A stretch of 64,000 nucleotides of DNA from an uncultured marine group III euryarchaeote. Lineage in GTDB: Archaea; Thermoplasmatota; Poseidoniia; MGIII; CG-Epi1. The translations under genes were made by a program, and so were the position numbers. The notes below the pieces were generated by a model. That model was not told where the DNA came from. It saw only the letters and a program-made list of their open reading frames with translations, and did no database searches. Below, piece after piece: positions 1-9,119 of the stretch. The stretch spans positions 11,965 through 75,964 of the forward strand of contig CACOJW010000004.1 in assembly GCA_902627615.1 (NCBI GenBank), in the 5' to 3' direction. How positions within the stretch are numbered: the stretch's first letter is position 1; each line of letters opens with the position of its first letter.

Positions 1-563
1 GGCCAAAGCTGCATTAGCTTCAAATCAGTACCATCATCTAATTTACCAATTACATCATCGATAGTATAGGTGCCTTTCTTAAGCTCGGTAACTTTACCTG
101 AGGAATTAGGTGGAACCAAAATTTTGTGAGAAATAGTAGGAGTCTCTTGTACTGTACCTATTGTTTGACCTCCCTCTACACTATCACCTGACTTAACCGT
201 GGGAATAAATTCCCATTTCTTAGAATGATCTAAACCTGGAGCTGTTACACCTCTTTCGATATAATCTCCCATCTTATCTTGAAGGACAGGTAGAGGCCTC
301 TGAATTCCATCATAAATGGAAGTCAAAAGTCCAGGACCCAACTCAACAGACAATGGTTCACCGGTATTTTCGACGGGCTCTCCTGGCTTGACTCCAGATG
401 TATCTTCATACACCTGAATTGTAACGTCGTCACCTTCTAGTCCAATGACTTCGCCCATCAACTTCTCGTGGCCCACAAGTACCACATCGTACATACGAGG
501 TGAAACACCTCTAGCCGTTACAACCGGCCCTGACACTCTGTATATTTCTCCTTTTAATTCCAT
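1..563 (-). CDS. atpA: A/V-type ATP synthase subunit A, N-terminal part (runs off the window)
   Basis: Manual translation from ATG 563: MELKGEIYRVSGPVV...GEVIGLEGD...QVYEDTSG...LSVELGPGLLTSIYDGIQRPL; follows atpF; absent from ORF track because truncated. Confidence 0.97.
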   Translation of the reverse strand, partial: MELKGEIYRVSGPVVTARGVSPRMYDVVLVGHEKLMGEVIGLEGDDVTIQVYEDTSGVKPGEPVENTGEPLSVELGPGLLTSIYDGIQRPLPVLQDKMGDYIERGVTAPGLDHSKKWEFIPTVKSGDSVEGGQTIGTVQETPTISHKILVPPNSSGKVTELKKGTYTIDDVIGKLDDGTDLKLMQLW

Positions 564-853
564 AGGTCTACTCCTATAGCTGTTTTGATACGGTCTCTAA
601 GACCTTCATCAACCTCAGAACCGATAGCAATAACTGTCGGTTTCACACTATTACTCAATTTCTTTCTAAAGGAAGCCTCCAATTTATTCCAATCCTTGTC
701 ATGTATAACAAGAATCCCTAAATCTTTGTTTTCCAATGCTTCTCTTACAGCTGAGTCAACTGTATTATCTTCGTTAACATTGTACCATTTTTCGATACCT
801 ACTAACCTGAATCCTATTGTAAATAAATCATCACCAACAACACCGATTTCCAT
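554..853 (-). CDS. atpF: A-type ATP synthase subunit F
   Basis: IGVVGDD..TIGFRLVGI start and LRDRIKTAIGVDLW end; operon position. Confidence 0.95.
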   Translation of the reverse strand: MEIGVVGDDLFTIGFRLVGIEKWYNVNEDNTVDSAVREALENKDLGILVIHDKDWNKLEASFRKKLSNSVKPTVIAIGSEVDEGLRDRIKTAIGVDLWN

Positions 854-1866
854 TAGACCATCACCAATTCCTCTATTATTTCAGAAGATAAACCTGTTTG
901 CTTTCCTCTTACAATTGCTCTAAGATTGTACACTTCTCTTTCCTTTCTCAAAAGATAATCCAGAACGGGTAGGACTGACAAAGGATAGAGATATGAAAAT
1001 CTCTTGGTTCTATCTACTATGTAGTGATCTAAATCTTGTACACATGAATTAAGATCTGCCTTTTCACCTTCGAAATGGGGTGAAATTAAATCATGATATT
1101 TTGTGCCTTCAAGTGCAGTTACTAAGTCATTTATTGTATTTACAGTTTCTAAAAGTTCAGTTTTTATTGAGCCTCCCGAAATAAATAATTCGTTATGACC
1201 TTGTATGTTTCTATGCCTTAACCTCAATAATGTCTTAATATTGGCTACATCAACTTTTAGCTGGATGAAATTATTGTATATTTCAGCATCTGCTCCTCCA
1301 GACGGAAGATTTTCAACCAGGTGTTGATAATAATCTAGATCTAAGGCATCTTCAAGAGGTTGAAGACTATCTTGCTGCCTGTTTTCACTAGCCTTTTTCA
1401 AACTTTGATAATAAGGAGTACCTTCTAGCAATACAATTAAGTCATCAACTGTTTTGGATTCATATAATCTTTTGTAAAGTTCTTTATCAGAATCATTTAT
1501 AGGACATACTAACCTTTCAATATCTTCGGGAGACATTCCTTGGTTGACGCCTCTCATAATATTTTTAAGATTTTCAACTCTATATCTCTCTGCATAAGTA
1601 ACAAGAATCTCACGTAACTTACCTGTGCTAAATCCAAGGAAATCTCCAACATCTTCTGCTAAATTATCTACAAGTGCCATTTCAATTAAATCTGCACCTG
1701 TAAACTTTGAACCATATCTATCTATCTCTCTACGATATTCTAAATCCTGTATATACCTAGCTATTTCTGGTAAATCTAAATTTAAAAGTTGAGTGTATGC
1801 CTCTGCAGGTAATAGTCTGGAACGCCTGGATCTGGCTCGAGTAGCTACGTAAGAATAATTGCTCAT
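853..1866 (-). CDS. atpC: A-type ATP synthase subunit C
   Basis: YSYVATRARSRRSRLL start and KEREVYNLRAIVRGK end; operon position. Confidence 0.95.
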   Translation of the reverse strand: MSNYSYVATRARSRRSRLLPAEAYTQLLNLDLPEIARYIQDLEYRREIDRYGSKFTGADLIEMALVDNLAEDVGDFLGFSTGKLREILVTYAERYRVENLKNIMRGVNQGMSPEDIERLVCPINDSDKELYKRLYESKTVDDLIVLLEGTPYYQSLKKASENRQQDSLQPLEDALDLDYYQHLVENLPSGGADAEIYNNFIQLKVDVANIKTLLRLRHRNIQGHNELFISGGSIKTELLETVNTINDLVTALEGTKYHDLISPHFEGEKADLNSCVQDLDHYIVDRTKRFSYLYPLSVLPVLDYLLRKEREVYNLRAIVRGKQTGLSSEIIEELVMV

Positions 1867-2405
1867 TATGAGAAAAGAACCTCACTTACCATCGGTAAAT
1901 TATCTTGCCAATGCTTCTCTACTAAAGTCGAAAAACGATAATCTAATCTGTAATCTCCAGATTCAATTATGAAACCTAAATCATCAATTTCACCTGATTG
2001 TGATAATTTAGTAATACTTTTCAGAAGAGCTTTATCTTGTTTTCTGCACAACAATTTACCTTCCTTAGGCGCATCCTTCAATAAACTAGAATAAATTTTC
2101 TTTAAATCACTGGACTTAATACCTTCCAACTTGGACATTACTTCTTTTTTCGTTTGCATAAGTAACTCTTTTTGCATTTCCAATTGACTCCTTTTAACCT
2201 CTAATTCAGCTGATGGAATTTCCTGTTGTCTGAGTTGCTCTATTTTTCTGCTTGAATCTGTTCTAATATTGGCTACAGCTTCTACAGCATTTGCTCGGGC
2301 CTCTGCCATCTTAGATTCTACTTCATTTGTAGTTTCCTTGATTATGGCGGCAGCTCTTTCTCTACCGGTCTCCTCGACCTGCTTCAGAATTTCCTCTAGA
2401 CCCAT
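1866..2405 (-). CDS. atpE: A-type ATP synthase subunit E
   Basis: MGLEEIL helical N-terminus and LDYRFSTL motif; between atpK and atpC. Confidence 0.9.
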   Translation of the reverse strand: MGLEEILKQVEETGRERAAAIIKETTNEVESKMAEARANAVEAVANIRTDSSRKIEQLRQQEIPSAELEVKRSQLEMQKELLMQTKKEVMSKLEGIKSSDLKKIYSSLLKDAPKEGKLLCRKQDKALLKSITKLSQSGEIDDLGFIIESGDYRLDYRFSTLVEKHWQDNLPMVSEVLFS

Positions 2406-2406
2406 C

Positions 2407-2751
2407 CTAGGCGCCCATTACGAATATGAGCAAAGCCGAAATAACCAAACCAAAGATAACAATGGTTTCTGGAATAGCAACAAAAATCAGACCATTAGTA
2501 AAATTGTCCTTGTCTTCTGCTACTGCACCAATTGCTGCAGATCCAATATTACTCTGTGCTAGACCTGTTCCAATTCCTGCTAAACCAACTGCAAGGGCTG
2601 CTCCGATAGCAATGTATCCCTTTGCTTGTTCCTTTGCTGCATTTTCTGTGTACTCATTGTCTGTATGACTATCAGCACTTACTGCTGGCGTTGCCAACAA
2701 TGCCATTACGAACATTGTTGCCAATATGTATAGGTGTTTTTTCCCGTTCAT
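2407..2751 (-). CDS. atpK: A-type ATP synthase proteolipid (subunit K/c) with signal-peptide-like N-terminus
   Basis: GAALAVGLAGIGTGLAQ and IPETIVIFGL hairpin with ion-binding Glu. Confidence 0.95.
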   Translation of the reverse strand: MNGKKHLYILATMFVMALLATPAVSADSHTDNEYTENAAKEQAKGYIAIGAALAVGLAGIGTGLAQSNIGSAAIGAVAEDKDNFTNGLIFVAIPETIVIFGLVISALLIFVMGA

Positions 2752-4703
2752 GGTTGTACCTCTTTTTCTTTTGTGTACCTTCGATCGTAACCGAAAGGAT
2801 CGTAAAGCGTGCCTCCACCGTGCACAAATTTAGTAAAGAACTCGACATATTGCAATCTAAGCGAATTAATGCCGGTTCCAATTATTCCAAGAGTAAATAC
2901 AGTCAAATGTCCTATAAACATGACTAAAATCGCTGCAATTATCCCCACAGGTCCTCCGCTCCAGAGCATTCCTTCACCGAATGCGAGATAATTAACTGTA
3001 AAGGCTAGCCCATAATCACTAAGGCCTATTGCACCAATACGTGCATAAGAAATTACATTGGAAAATATTGTAGGGAATTCAAGGATACCCACAACACCTT
3101 CTCCAATTGTTGCAAATAACAAGCCTAAAAGCATTACAACTATGCCAACAGTTTGAACAATGTCTGGAAGTAAACCCACTAAAGAGACTAAAGCCATAAC
3201 TCCACCCCATAGTATCATTAAAAAAGATAGCTTGGCGTAAACTGCATGCTTCAAATCATGGTGTTTCATTTCATTAAAAAATCCAAGAATTAAACCTAGT
3301 GATATGTGTATAAAACCTATAACAACTGAGGTAAGAAGCATAAATTGAGCTCCGTAAGGACTAAATTTGTGTATAGGTAAATGCCACGGTCCATCATGTT
3401 CTATCAAAGGAACATTAAATGTAAAATCCCAGCCAATATACTTGGCGAATAAAAAGGAATTAAATCCAATTATTTTGCCGATATTATAAAACGTCTGTCC
3501 GAAAGCTTCTGCATATATAAAGGTACCAATAAGGAATGTATAAATTCCTGCAGTCCTAAGAATTTTACAAATTGCTACCATACCTTCTGAGTAATGGAAC
3601 CTGTTAATCAAATATTGAGCAAATAGGATGTAAGCAAGACCATATCCTGCATCGCCGACCATTAGACCGAAAAATAAAGGATATGTTATGAAAATTATTG
3701 CTGTAGGCTCAAATTCCCAATGTCTGGGAGTACTGTATAATTTAGTAAATAATTCGAAAGGTTTCGCTGGACCTATATTATCAAGCTTGATAGGTGGTGA
3801 ATCATCTGAATCCTTATCAACCTCATAATAAACATCATATTTTTGCAGAGCTTGTTGAAGTTCTGAGACTGAAACGGAAGGAACCCAGCCATCCATTACA
3901 AACATATTTTCAGTAGTAGCTAATTTCAGGGGTAAACTAGATTTCTCAGAAAGTGCCGCATAATGTTCCTCACAAGCTACTAGCCAATCACCGTGCCTTT
4001 GAGATAAAGCTTGAATTTCATGATCTATAGCTCTTTTTTGATTGTCAACTTTTTGTAAATCTCCACTTAACCTTGACTTAACTGATGAAGGATTACCTTC
4101 CAAATCTGGAACATCAACAGATCTAAAACCCAAATCAAGAAGGGCCCGTTCGGCATTATCTGCCTTATCTGTAGGGCAAAAAACAACTATCGTAGACTCT
4201 GACTTAACAACTTCCAAATCTGAATCAAGGCTAGAGGTATCTGCATCATCAGGTATCTCTCCTGCAAAAACTTTTACACTTTCAAAACCTGATAAATACT
4301 TAAAATCTAAGTCTAAGCCGCTAAAAATTTCAACCTGTTCCAACGAATTCCTCAATTCATCAATTTGTCTTTGAAATTCACGTTGACTATCCTTTAATTC
4401 ATGTGTCTTGGATGCTATGGAATCTAATTCATCAATCTCTTTCTCTATATCTACTGATAGTTTCTTTATGGTTGGAGGATTTGCTGATACTTCCAACTGT
4501 TTAATGACTGACCTTAGCTTAACTAATATTTCTGATGATTTAGGGCCATACGAAAGTGATGATCCTATCTTAAACCCTTCATCTTCGTTGTTATATTCTA
4601 CGAGATGCATCAATTGCTGCTCGTCCAATAAATTGGATAAAGAGTCTAAATCTTTTTTGTGACCGCTTATGGTCATTCGCGTCATGTCTTCAGACTTGAG
4701 CAT
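2748..4703 (-). CDS. atpI: A-type ATP synthase subunit I (a)
   Basis: FFGLMVGDAGYG, SNVISYARI, LRLQYVEFFTKF motifs. Confidence 0.96.
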   Translation of the reverse strand: MLKSEDMTRMTISGHKKDLDSLSNLLDEQQLMHLVEYNNEDEGFKIGSSLSYGPKSSEILVKLRSVIKQLEVSANPPTIKKLSVDIEKEIDELDSIASKTHELKDSQREFQRQIDELRNSLEQVEIFSGLDLDFKYLSGFESVKVFAGEIPDDADTSSLDSDLEVVKSESTIVVFCPTDKADNAERALLDLGFRSVDVPDLEGNPSSVKSRLSGDLQKVDNQKRAIDHEIQALSQRHGDWLVACEEHYAALSEKSSLPLKLATTENMFVMDGWVPSVSVSELQQALQKYDVYYEVDKDSDDSPPIKLDNIGPAKPFELFTKLYSTPRHWEFEPTAIIFITYPLFFGLMVGDAGYGLAYILFAQYLINRFHYSEGMVAICKILRTAGIYTFLIGTFIYAEAFGQTFYNIGKIIGFNSFLFAKYIGWDFTFNVPLIEHDGPWHLPIHKFSPYGAQFMLLTSVVIGFIHISLGLILGFFNEMKHHDLKHAVYAKLSFLMILWGGVMALVSLVGLLPDIVQTVGIVVMLLGLLFATIGEGVVGILEFPTIFSNVISYARIGAIGLSDYGLAFTVNYLAFGEGMLWSGGPVGIIAAILVMFIGHLTVFTLGIIGTGINSLRLQYVEFFTKFVHGGGTLYDPFGYDRRYTKEKEVQP

Positions 4704-5026
4704 TAAGTTAAACTCTCCAGAAACTTATCTACAAACTTATCTGCTGCTGAACTTACTTTACTCTGAGCCTCTTTTTTCATTTTGGAATTAGCCTTGTTCC
4801 CTTTCGTAAGAATGTCTGATTTTTCTTTACCTATTTCTTTCATTGCTTCATCAATTTCAGATTTAGATTTTTTCTCAGCCTCATCCTTTTTCTCCTTCAA
4901 AAGAGCTTCCTGATCTAAGGGTATTCGATTCATCGCCGTAGTTCGTTCCTTCTCTGCTTTTTCAACTTCACTAGCCGCGACTTCTTCCGCTCGCTTAATC
5001 TTCTCCAATAATGCGTTTCTAGACAT
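4703..5026 (-). CDS. atpH: A-type ATP synthase subunit H (peripheral stalk)
   Basis: 107-aa charged coiled coil (LEKIKRAEE); first gene of the atp operon. Confidence 0.85.
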   Translation of the reverse strand: MSRNALLEKIKRAEEVAASEVEKAEKERTTAMNRIPLDQEALLKEKKDEAEKKSKSEIDEAMKEIGKEKSDILTKGNKANSKMKKEAQSKVSSAADKFVDKFLESLT

Positions 5027-5149
5027 GTAAATAGCAATTCATCGCAGAAAAATAGGGCTATAAATAATTGAGTCACATTTAAATCAAACGCAAGAGTAAA
5101 CAAAAAATAGCATGCAGCCTTAAATCCCCTATTCCGGTGACAAAATCTC

Positions 5150-5227
5150 GGGCCCGTGGCTTAGCCTGGTTAGAGCACCCGACTGATAATCGGGAGGTCA
5201 CCGGTTCAAATCCGGTCGGGCCCACCA
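5150..5227 (+). tRNA. tRNA-Ile(GAT), CCA encoded
   Basis: GGGCCCG acceptor stem; anticodon arm CCCGA-CTGATAA-TCGGG; T-loop GGTTCAAATCC; ends CCCACCA. Confidence 0.97.
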
Positions 5228-5252
5228 ATGATCAAGATTTATTACGCTATCT

Positions 5253-5438
5253 TCAAACTATATAATTTGTTGCTACATAATAAATGCAATAACCAATCGC
5301 TGTCCAAAGCACGTAGATTCTAGCGTATCTAATTACTGCACGGAAAAGAAATCCAAATCCACTGACGTCGTCTTTAGGAGTTTCCTCCTCACTTGCGTTT
5401 GCAAAAGGATCTTTATCTGTTACATCAATTCTGGACAT
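5253..5438 (-). CDS. Small hypothetical membrane protein (61 aa)
   Basis: ATG ORF filling the gap; acidic N-terminus and C-terminal hydrophobic helix. Confidence 0.6.
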   Translation of the reverse strand: MSRIDVTDKDPFANASEEETPKDDVSGFGFLFRAVIRYARIYVLWTAIGYCIYYVATNYIV

Positions 5439-5515
5439 GTTTTAATAGAAAGAACATATAATTTAATTCTATGGATGGACATAACCATATTAATTCCAGT
5501 CTTGTTTCAATTAAT

Positions 5516-7132
5516 ATGAATTCACAGCCCGACAACGAACCAATATTAAATTACGAAGCTGGTAGCGCTGAAAGAGAAAATCTAGAAAAAGAAATTAAAA
5601 AGCAGCTATCTAAAGTTATCGAAATTCCATGCATAATTAATGGAAAAGAGATTTACACAAATAAAACTGTTACGCAAGTTATCCCTCATAACCATGGTCA
5701 TGTTTTGGCAAACGTACATCTGGCTGGGAAAGATGAAATGGAAGAGGCTTGCAAATCAGCTTCTAATGCACAAAAAGAATGGATTGAGTTAGGGCTTAAA
5801 GGGCGTTCTAAAATATTTGAAAGATGTGCAGACTTATTAGCTACTAATTGGAGGATGAAAATTAATGCATCTACAATGCTCAACCAGAGCAAAACTGTTT
5901 TTCAGGCTGAAATAGACGCTGCTTGTGAACTTATTGATTTCTGGAGATTTAATGTGTATTATGCTCAAAACTTTCACGATGATTTACAACCATTAGTGTC
6001 TCCTGAAGGAATGATAAATACAACTGAAATACGGCCATTAGAAGGATTTATTTTAGCAATTACTCCATTTAATTTTACCAGTATCGCAGGTAACTTACCT
6101 AGCGCTCCAGCACTTGTTGGATGTACTGCTATATGGAAACCAAGTCGCAATTCATATTATTCAAACTATATGATTATGAAATTAATGATGGAAGCCGGAT
6201 TACCTGCTGGTGTCATCAACTTTTTACCAGGCTCTGGTGCTGAAATTACTGAGGTAGCTTTGTCCAATCCTGATTTTGCAGGCGTTCATTTTACCGGTTC
6301 AACGGGCGTATTTCAAGGAATTTGGCAGCGAATTGCAAAAGCACTGCCAAATTTGAAAGGATATCCAAGAATAGTTGGTGAAACGGGAGGTAAGGACTTT
6401 ATTGTTGCTCATCCAGATTGTGATGAAAAAGGATTGATAGTAGCACTGCTGAGAGGTGCCTTCGAATATCAAGGTCAAAAGTGCTCAGCTGCTAGTAGAG
6501 CCTACATTCCTAAAACTGTATGGAATAATATTAGTCAAAAATTAATAACAGAAGTAGAAAAGATAAAAATTGGAGATTGTGCTGACTTTACAAATTTTAT
6601 GACTGCAGTTATAGATCAAAGAGCTTTCGATAAAATTACTGGATATATACAAAGAGCTAAGGAAAATGATAATTGTGAAATAGTTTCTGGAGGAAAAAGC
6701 GAAGGTGAAAAAGGCTGGTTTATTGAACCCACAATAATTGTTACAAAGGATCCGATATCTGAAACAATGGTAGAAGAAATTTTTGGACCCGTGCTGACTA
6801 TATACGTTTACGAAGATGAAGAATTTGAAGCAACTCTGAAATTGTGTGATGAATCCTCACCTTATGCACTTACTGGAGCAATATTTGCTAAATCTGAGGA
6901 AAACATACAGACTGCATACAATGCACTAAGGTTTACAGCAGGTAATTTTTACATCAATGATAAGCCAACTGGAGCTGTGGTCGCTCAGCAACCCTTTGGA
7001 GGTGCTAGGGCATCTGGCACTAATGATAAAGCAGGTGGGCCACTAAATTTACTTAGATGGATTTCTCCAAGATCTGTAAAAAGAACAAACATGGAAATAC
7101 ATGATTGGACTTATCCCTTTATGAAAAATTAA
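5516..7132 (+). CDS. pruA: 1-pyrroline-5-carboxylate (glutamate semialdehyde) dehydrogenase
   Basis: AITPFNFT, FTGSTGVF, GETGGKDF, GQKCSA, EEIFGP; start moved from 5471 to ATG 5516 (MNSQPDNEP). Confidence 0.93.
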   Translation: MNSQPDNEPILNYEAGSAERENLEKEIKKQLSKVIEIPCIINGKEIYTNKTVTQVIPHNHGHVLANVHLAGKDEMEEACKSASNAQKEWIELGLKGRSKIFERCADLLATNWRMKINASTMLNQSKTVFQAEIDAACELIDFWRFNVYYAQNFHDDLQPLVSPEGMINTTEIRPLEGFILAITPFNFTSIAGNLPSAPALVGCTAIWKPSRNSYYSNYMIMKLMMEAGLPAGVINFLPGSGAEITEVALSNPDFAGVHFTGSTGVFQGIWQRIAKALPNLKGYPRIVGETGGKDFIVAHPDCDEKGLIVALLRGAFEYQGQKCSAASRAYIPKTVWNNISQKLITEVEKIKIGDCADFTNFMTAVIDQRAFDKITGYIQRAKENDNCEIVSGGKSEGEKGWFIEPTIIVTKDPISETMVEEIFGPVLTIYVYEDEEFEATLKLCDESSPYALTGAIFAKSEENIQTAYNALRFTAGNFYINDKPTGAVVAQQPFGGARASGTNDKAGGPLNLLRWISPRSVKRTNMEIHDWTYPFMKN

Positions 7133-7905
7133 GATTCATAGATTTCTGCAGATTCATAAATATTATCAAATATTAGACTTACCAGTCTTCCTAAATCTGG
7201 CTGATTCATCCACATACCTAATAATGTATTTGCAGAATCTGGAACATCTAATCCACCAACACAAAATTCTTTGTCATCTATCAAAATTACTCCTGCTGGA
7301 GGCATGTCTGATGAAAGACGAATTTCAAAAAAACCTTCCAACCTGGACAAATCTAGATTTGTTCCTTTTTTAGGAAAAAGTAAGCGAACTTGAATGCCTC
7401 TTTTGCTAGCATCGGAAAACGCTCTGCACACATTTCGAGGAAGCTCCGAAGGAAGCAAAGATGCAATAACATCTACAGATTTCTCTGCCCTTTCACACAT
7501 AGAAACGACTTGAGAAAAAATCTCCATATCTTTTACCTTCAAAGTTTCCAAATAATCAACTTTCTTTGATTGGTATAATTTATACAAATCAGACTGCGCC
7601 TCTGCAGTTGCGTCTTCTACTTCTTTTAAACGCTTCTCTGCAATTTCCCTAGGATCAACTGGGTAGTAAGATTTAGGATGGCTACTACCTTCAACAATAA
7701 CTCCTTCAGATAGCAAGTTATCAATTAGTCCATATATCTTAGCTCGTGAAAAGTTTATAGATCGACTAATCTCCCCAACCGTAGATTCCTTTGATGAAAG
7801 AATAACGTGATAAATGAGTGCTTCGTCTTTACTAAACCCTAACTTATTCAAGGTTTTAATATGATTTTCAAAATCACTTTTTTGATACTGAGGCATTCCA
7901 CTCAT
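7129..7905 (-). CDS. TrmB-family transcriptional regulator
   Basis: N-terminal wHTH (LGFSKDEALIY...SRAKIYGLIDNL...PKSYYPVDP) plus effector domain (ILIDDKE). Confidence 0.88.
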   Translation of the reverse strand: MSGMPQYQKSDFENHIKTLNKLGFSKDEALIYHVILSSKESTVGEISRSINFSRAKIYGLIDNLLSEGVIVEGSSHPKSYYPVDPREIAEKRLKEVEDATAEAQSDLYKLYQSKKVDYLETLKVKDMEIFSQVVSMCERAEKSVDVIASLLPSELPRNVCRAFSDASKRGIQVRLLFPKKGTNLDLSRLEGFFEIRLSSDMPPAGVILIDDKEFCVGGLDVPDSANTLLGMWMNQPDLGRLVSLIFDNIYESAEIYES

Positions 7906-8000
7906 ACAATCCTTTTGGAAATGAGGTATATAAATGTTTCATAATTTAAATAAAAAGTCGTAGTTTTATATAGTTACATTGTATTACTAACTTGATTTAA

Positions 8001-9119
8001 ATGACTGAAGTCGTGATATGTGGATACGTTCGTTCACCTTTTACTCCTGCTAAGAAAGGTGATTTAGCTAAAATTAGACCTGATGATTTAGCTGCAGAGG
8101 TTGTCAGAGGCTTAGTTGAAAAATATAAAATAAAAGTTGATGATGTCGAAGACCTAATTTTAGGGTGCGCTTTTCCAGAAGCTGAACAAGGCATGAATTT
8201 GGCTAGAAACGTTGTACTCTTATCTGGATTGCCAAAAAGTGTTGGAGGAGTAACTGTCAATAGATTTTGTGCTTCTTCAATGCAAGCTATACACCAGGCA
8301 GCAGGAGCAATAAAATCAGGATCTGGAGAATTATTCATAGCTGGAGGTGTCGAATCCATGAGTCGTGTGCCAATGCCTGGATTCAATCCGATGCTAAATC
8401 CAAATTTGATTGATGTAGAAGCTTACATTGGAATGGGCCACACCGCTGAGAACTTAGCTAAAGATTACTCAATTACTCGCGAAGAACAAGAAAATATGGC
8501 ACTTGAAAGCCACAAAAAAGCCGCCAAAGCACACAATGAAAATAAATTTAATGACGAAATTATTTCTATAAATGGAATTTCTAAAGATGGATGTATCAGA
8601 CCTGAAACTTCCATAGAATCTATGGCTAAATTAAAGCCGGCATTTGACAAAGAAGGAGTAGTTACTGCTGCTACCTCATCTCCACTTACAGACGGTGCAG
8701 CTGCAGTGATTGTTTGCTCTGAAGATTATGCTAAAAAGAATAACCTAGGAATTATGGCATACATTCGCGGGATGGCAATATCTGGCTGTAGTCCTGAAAT
8801 AATGGGCATTGGTCCTGTATTATCATCACAAAAAGCGCTGCAACGCGCAGGAATCAAATTAGAAGACGTAGATATTATTGAGATGAATGAAGCTTTTGCA
8901 GCTCAAAGTCTGGCTTGCGTCAAAGAACTCGGTATTGATATGTCTAAATTGAACCTCCATGGTGGAGCAATATCTATGGGGCACCCTCTAGGTGCTAGCG
9001 GAGCTCGAATTACGGGTAAAGCCGCATCTCTTCTTAATGAAACTAGAAAGAGATATGCACTTTCAACAATGTGTGTTGGCGGTGGACAAGGCTGTGCGAC
9101 AGTTTTAGAAAGGGCTTAG
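8001..9119 (+). CDS. fadA: Acetyl-CoA acyltransferase (3-ketoacyl-CoA thiolase)
   Basis: NRFCASS, NEAFA, GHPLGASG, CVGGGQG catalytic motifs. Confidence 0.95.
   Translation: MTEVVICGYVRSPFTPAKKGDLAKIRPDDLAAEVVRGLVEKYKIKVDDVEDLILGCAFPEAEQGMNLARNVVLLSGLPKSVGGVTVNRFCASSMQAIHQAAGAIKSGSGELFIAGGVESMSRVPMPGFNPMLNPNLIDVEAYIGMGHTAENLAKDYSITREEQENMALESHKKAAKAHNENKFNDEIISINGISKDGCIRPETSIESMAKLKPAFDKEGVVTAATSSPLTDGAAAVIVCSEDYAKKNNLGIMAYIRGMAISGCSPEIMGIGPVLSSQKALQRAGIKLEDVDIIEMNEAFAAQSLACVKELGIDMSKLNLHGGAISMGHPLGASGARITGKAASLLNETRKRYALSTMCVGGGQGCATVLERA

Noticed and set aside
5150-5260. tRNA-Ile (and tRNA-Leu at 31304) as integration sites
   Set aside because: No integrase or duplicated tRNA 3' end seen; flanked by ordinary genes
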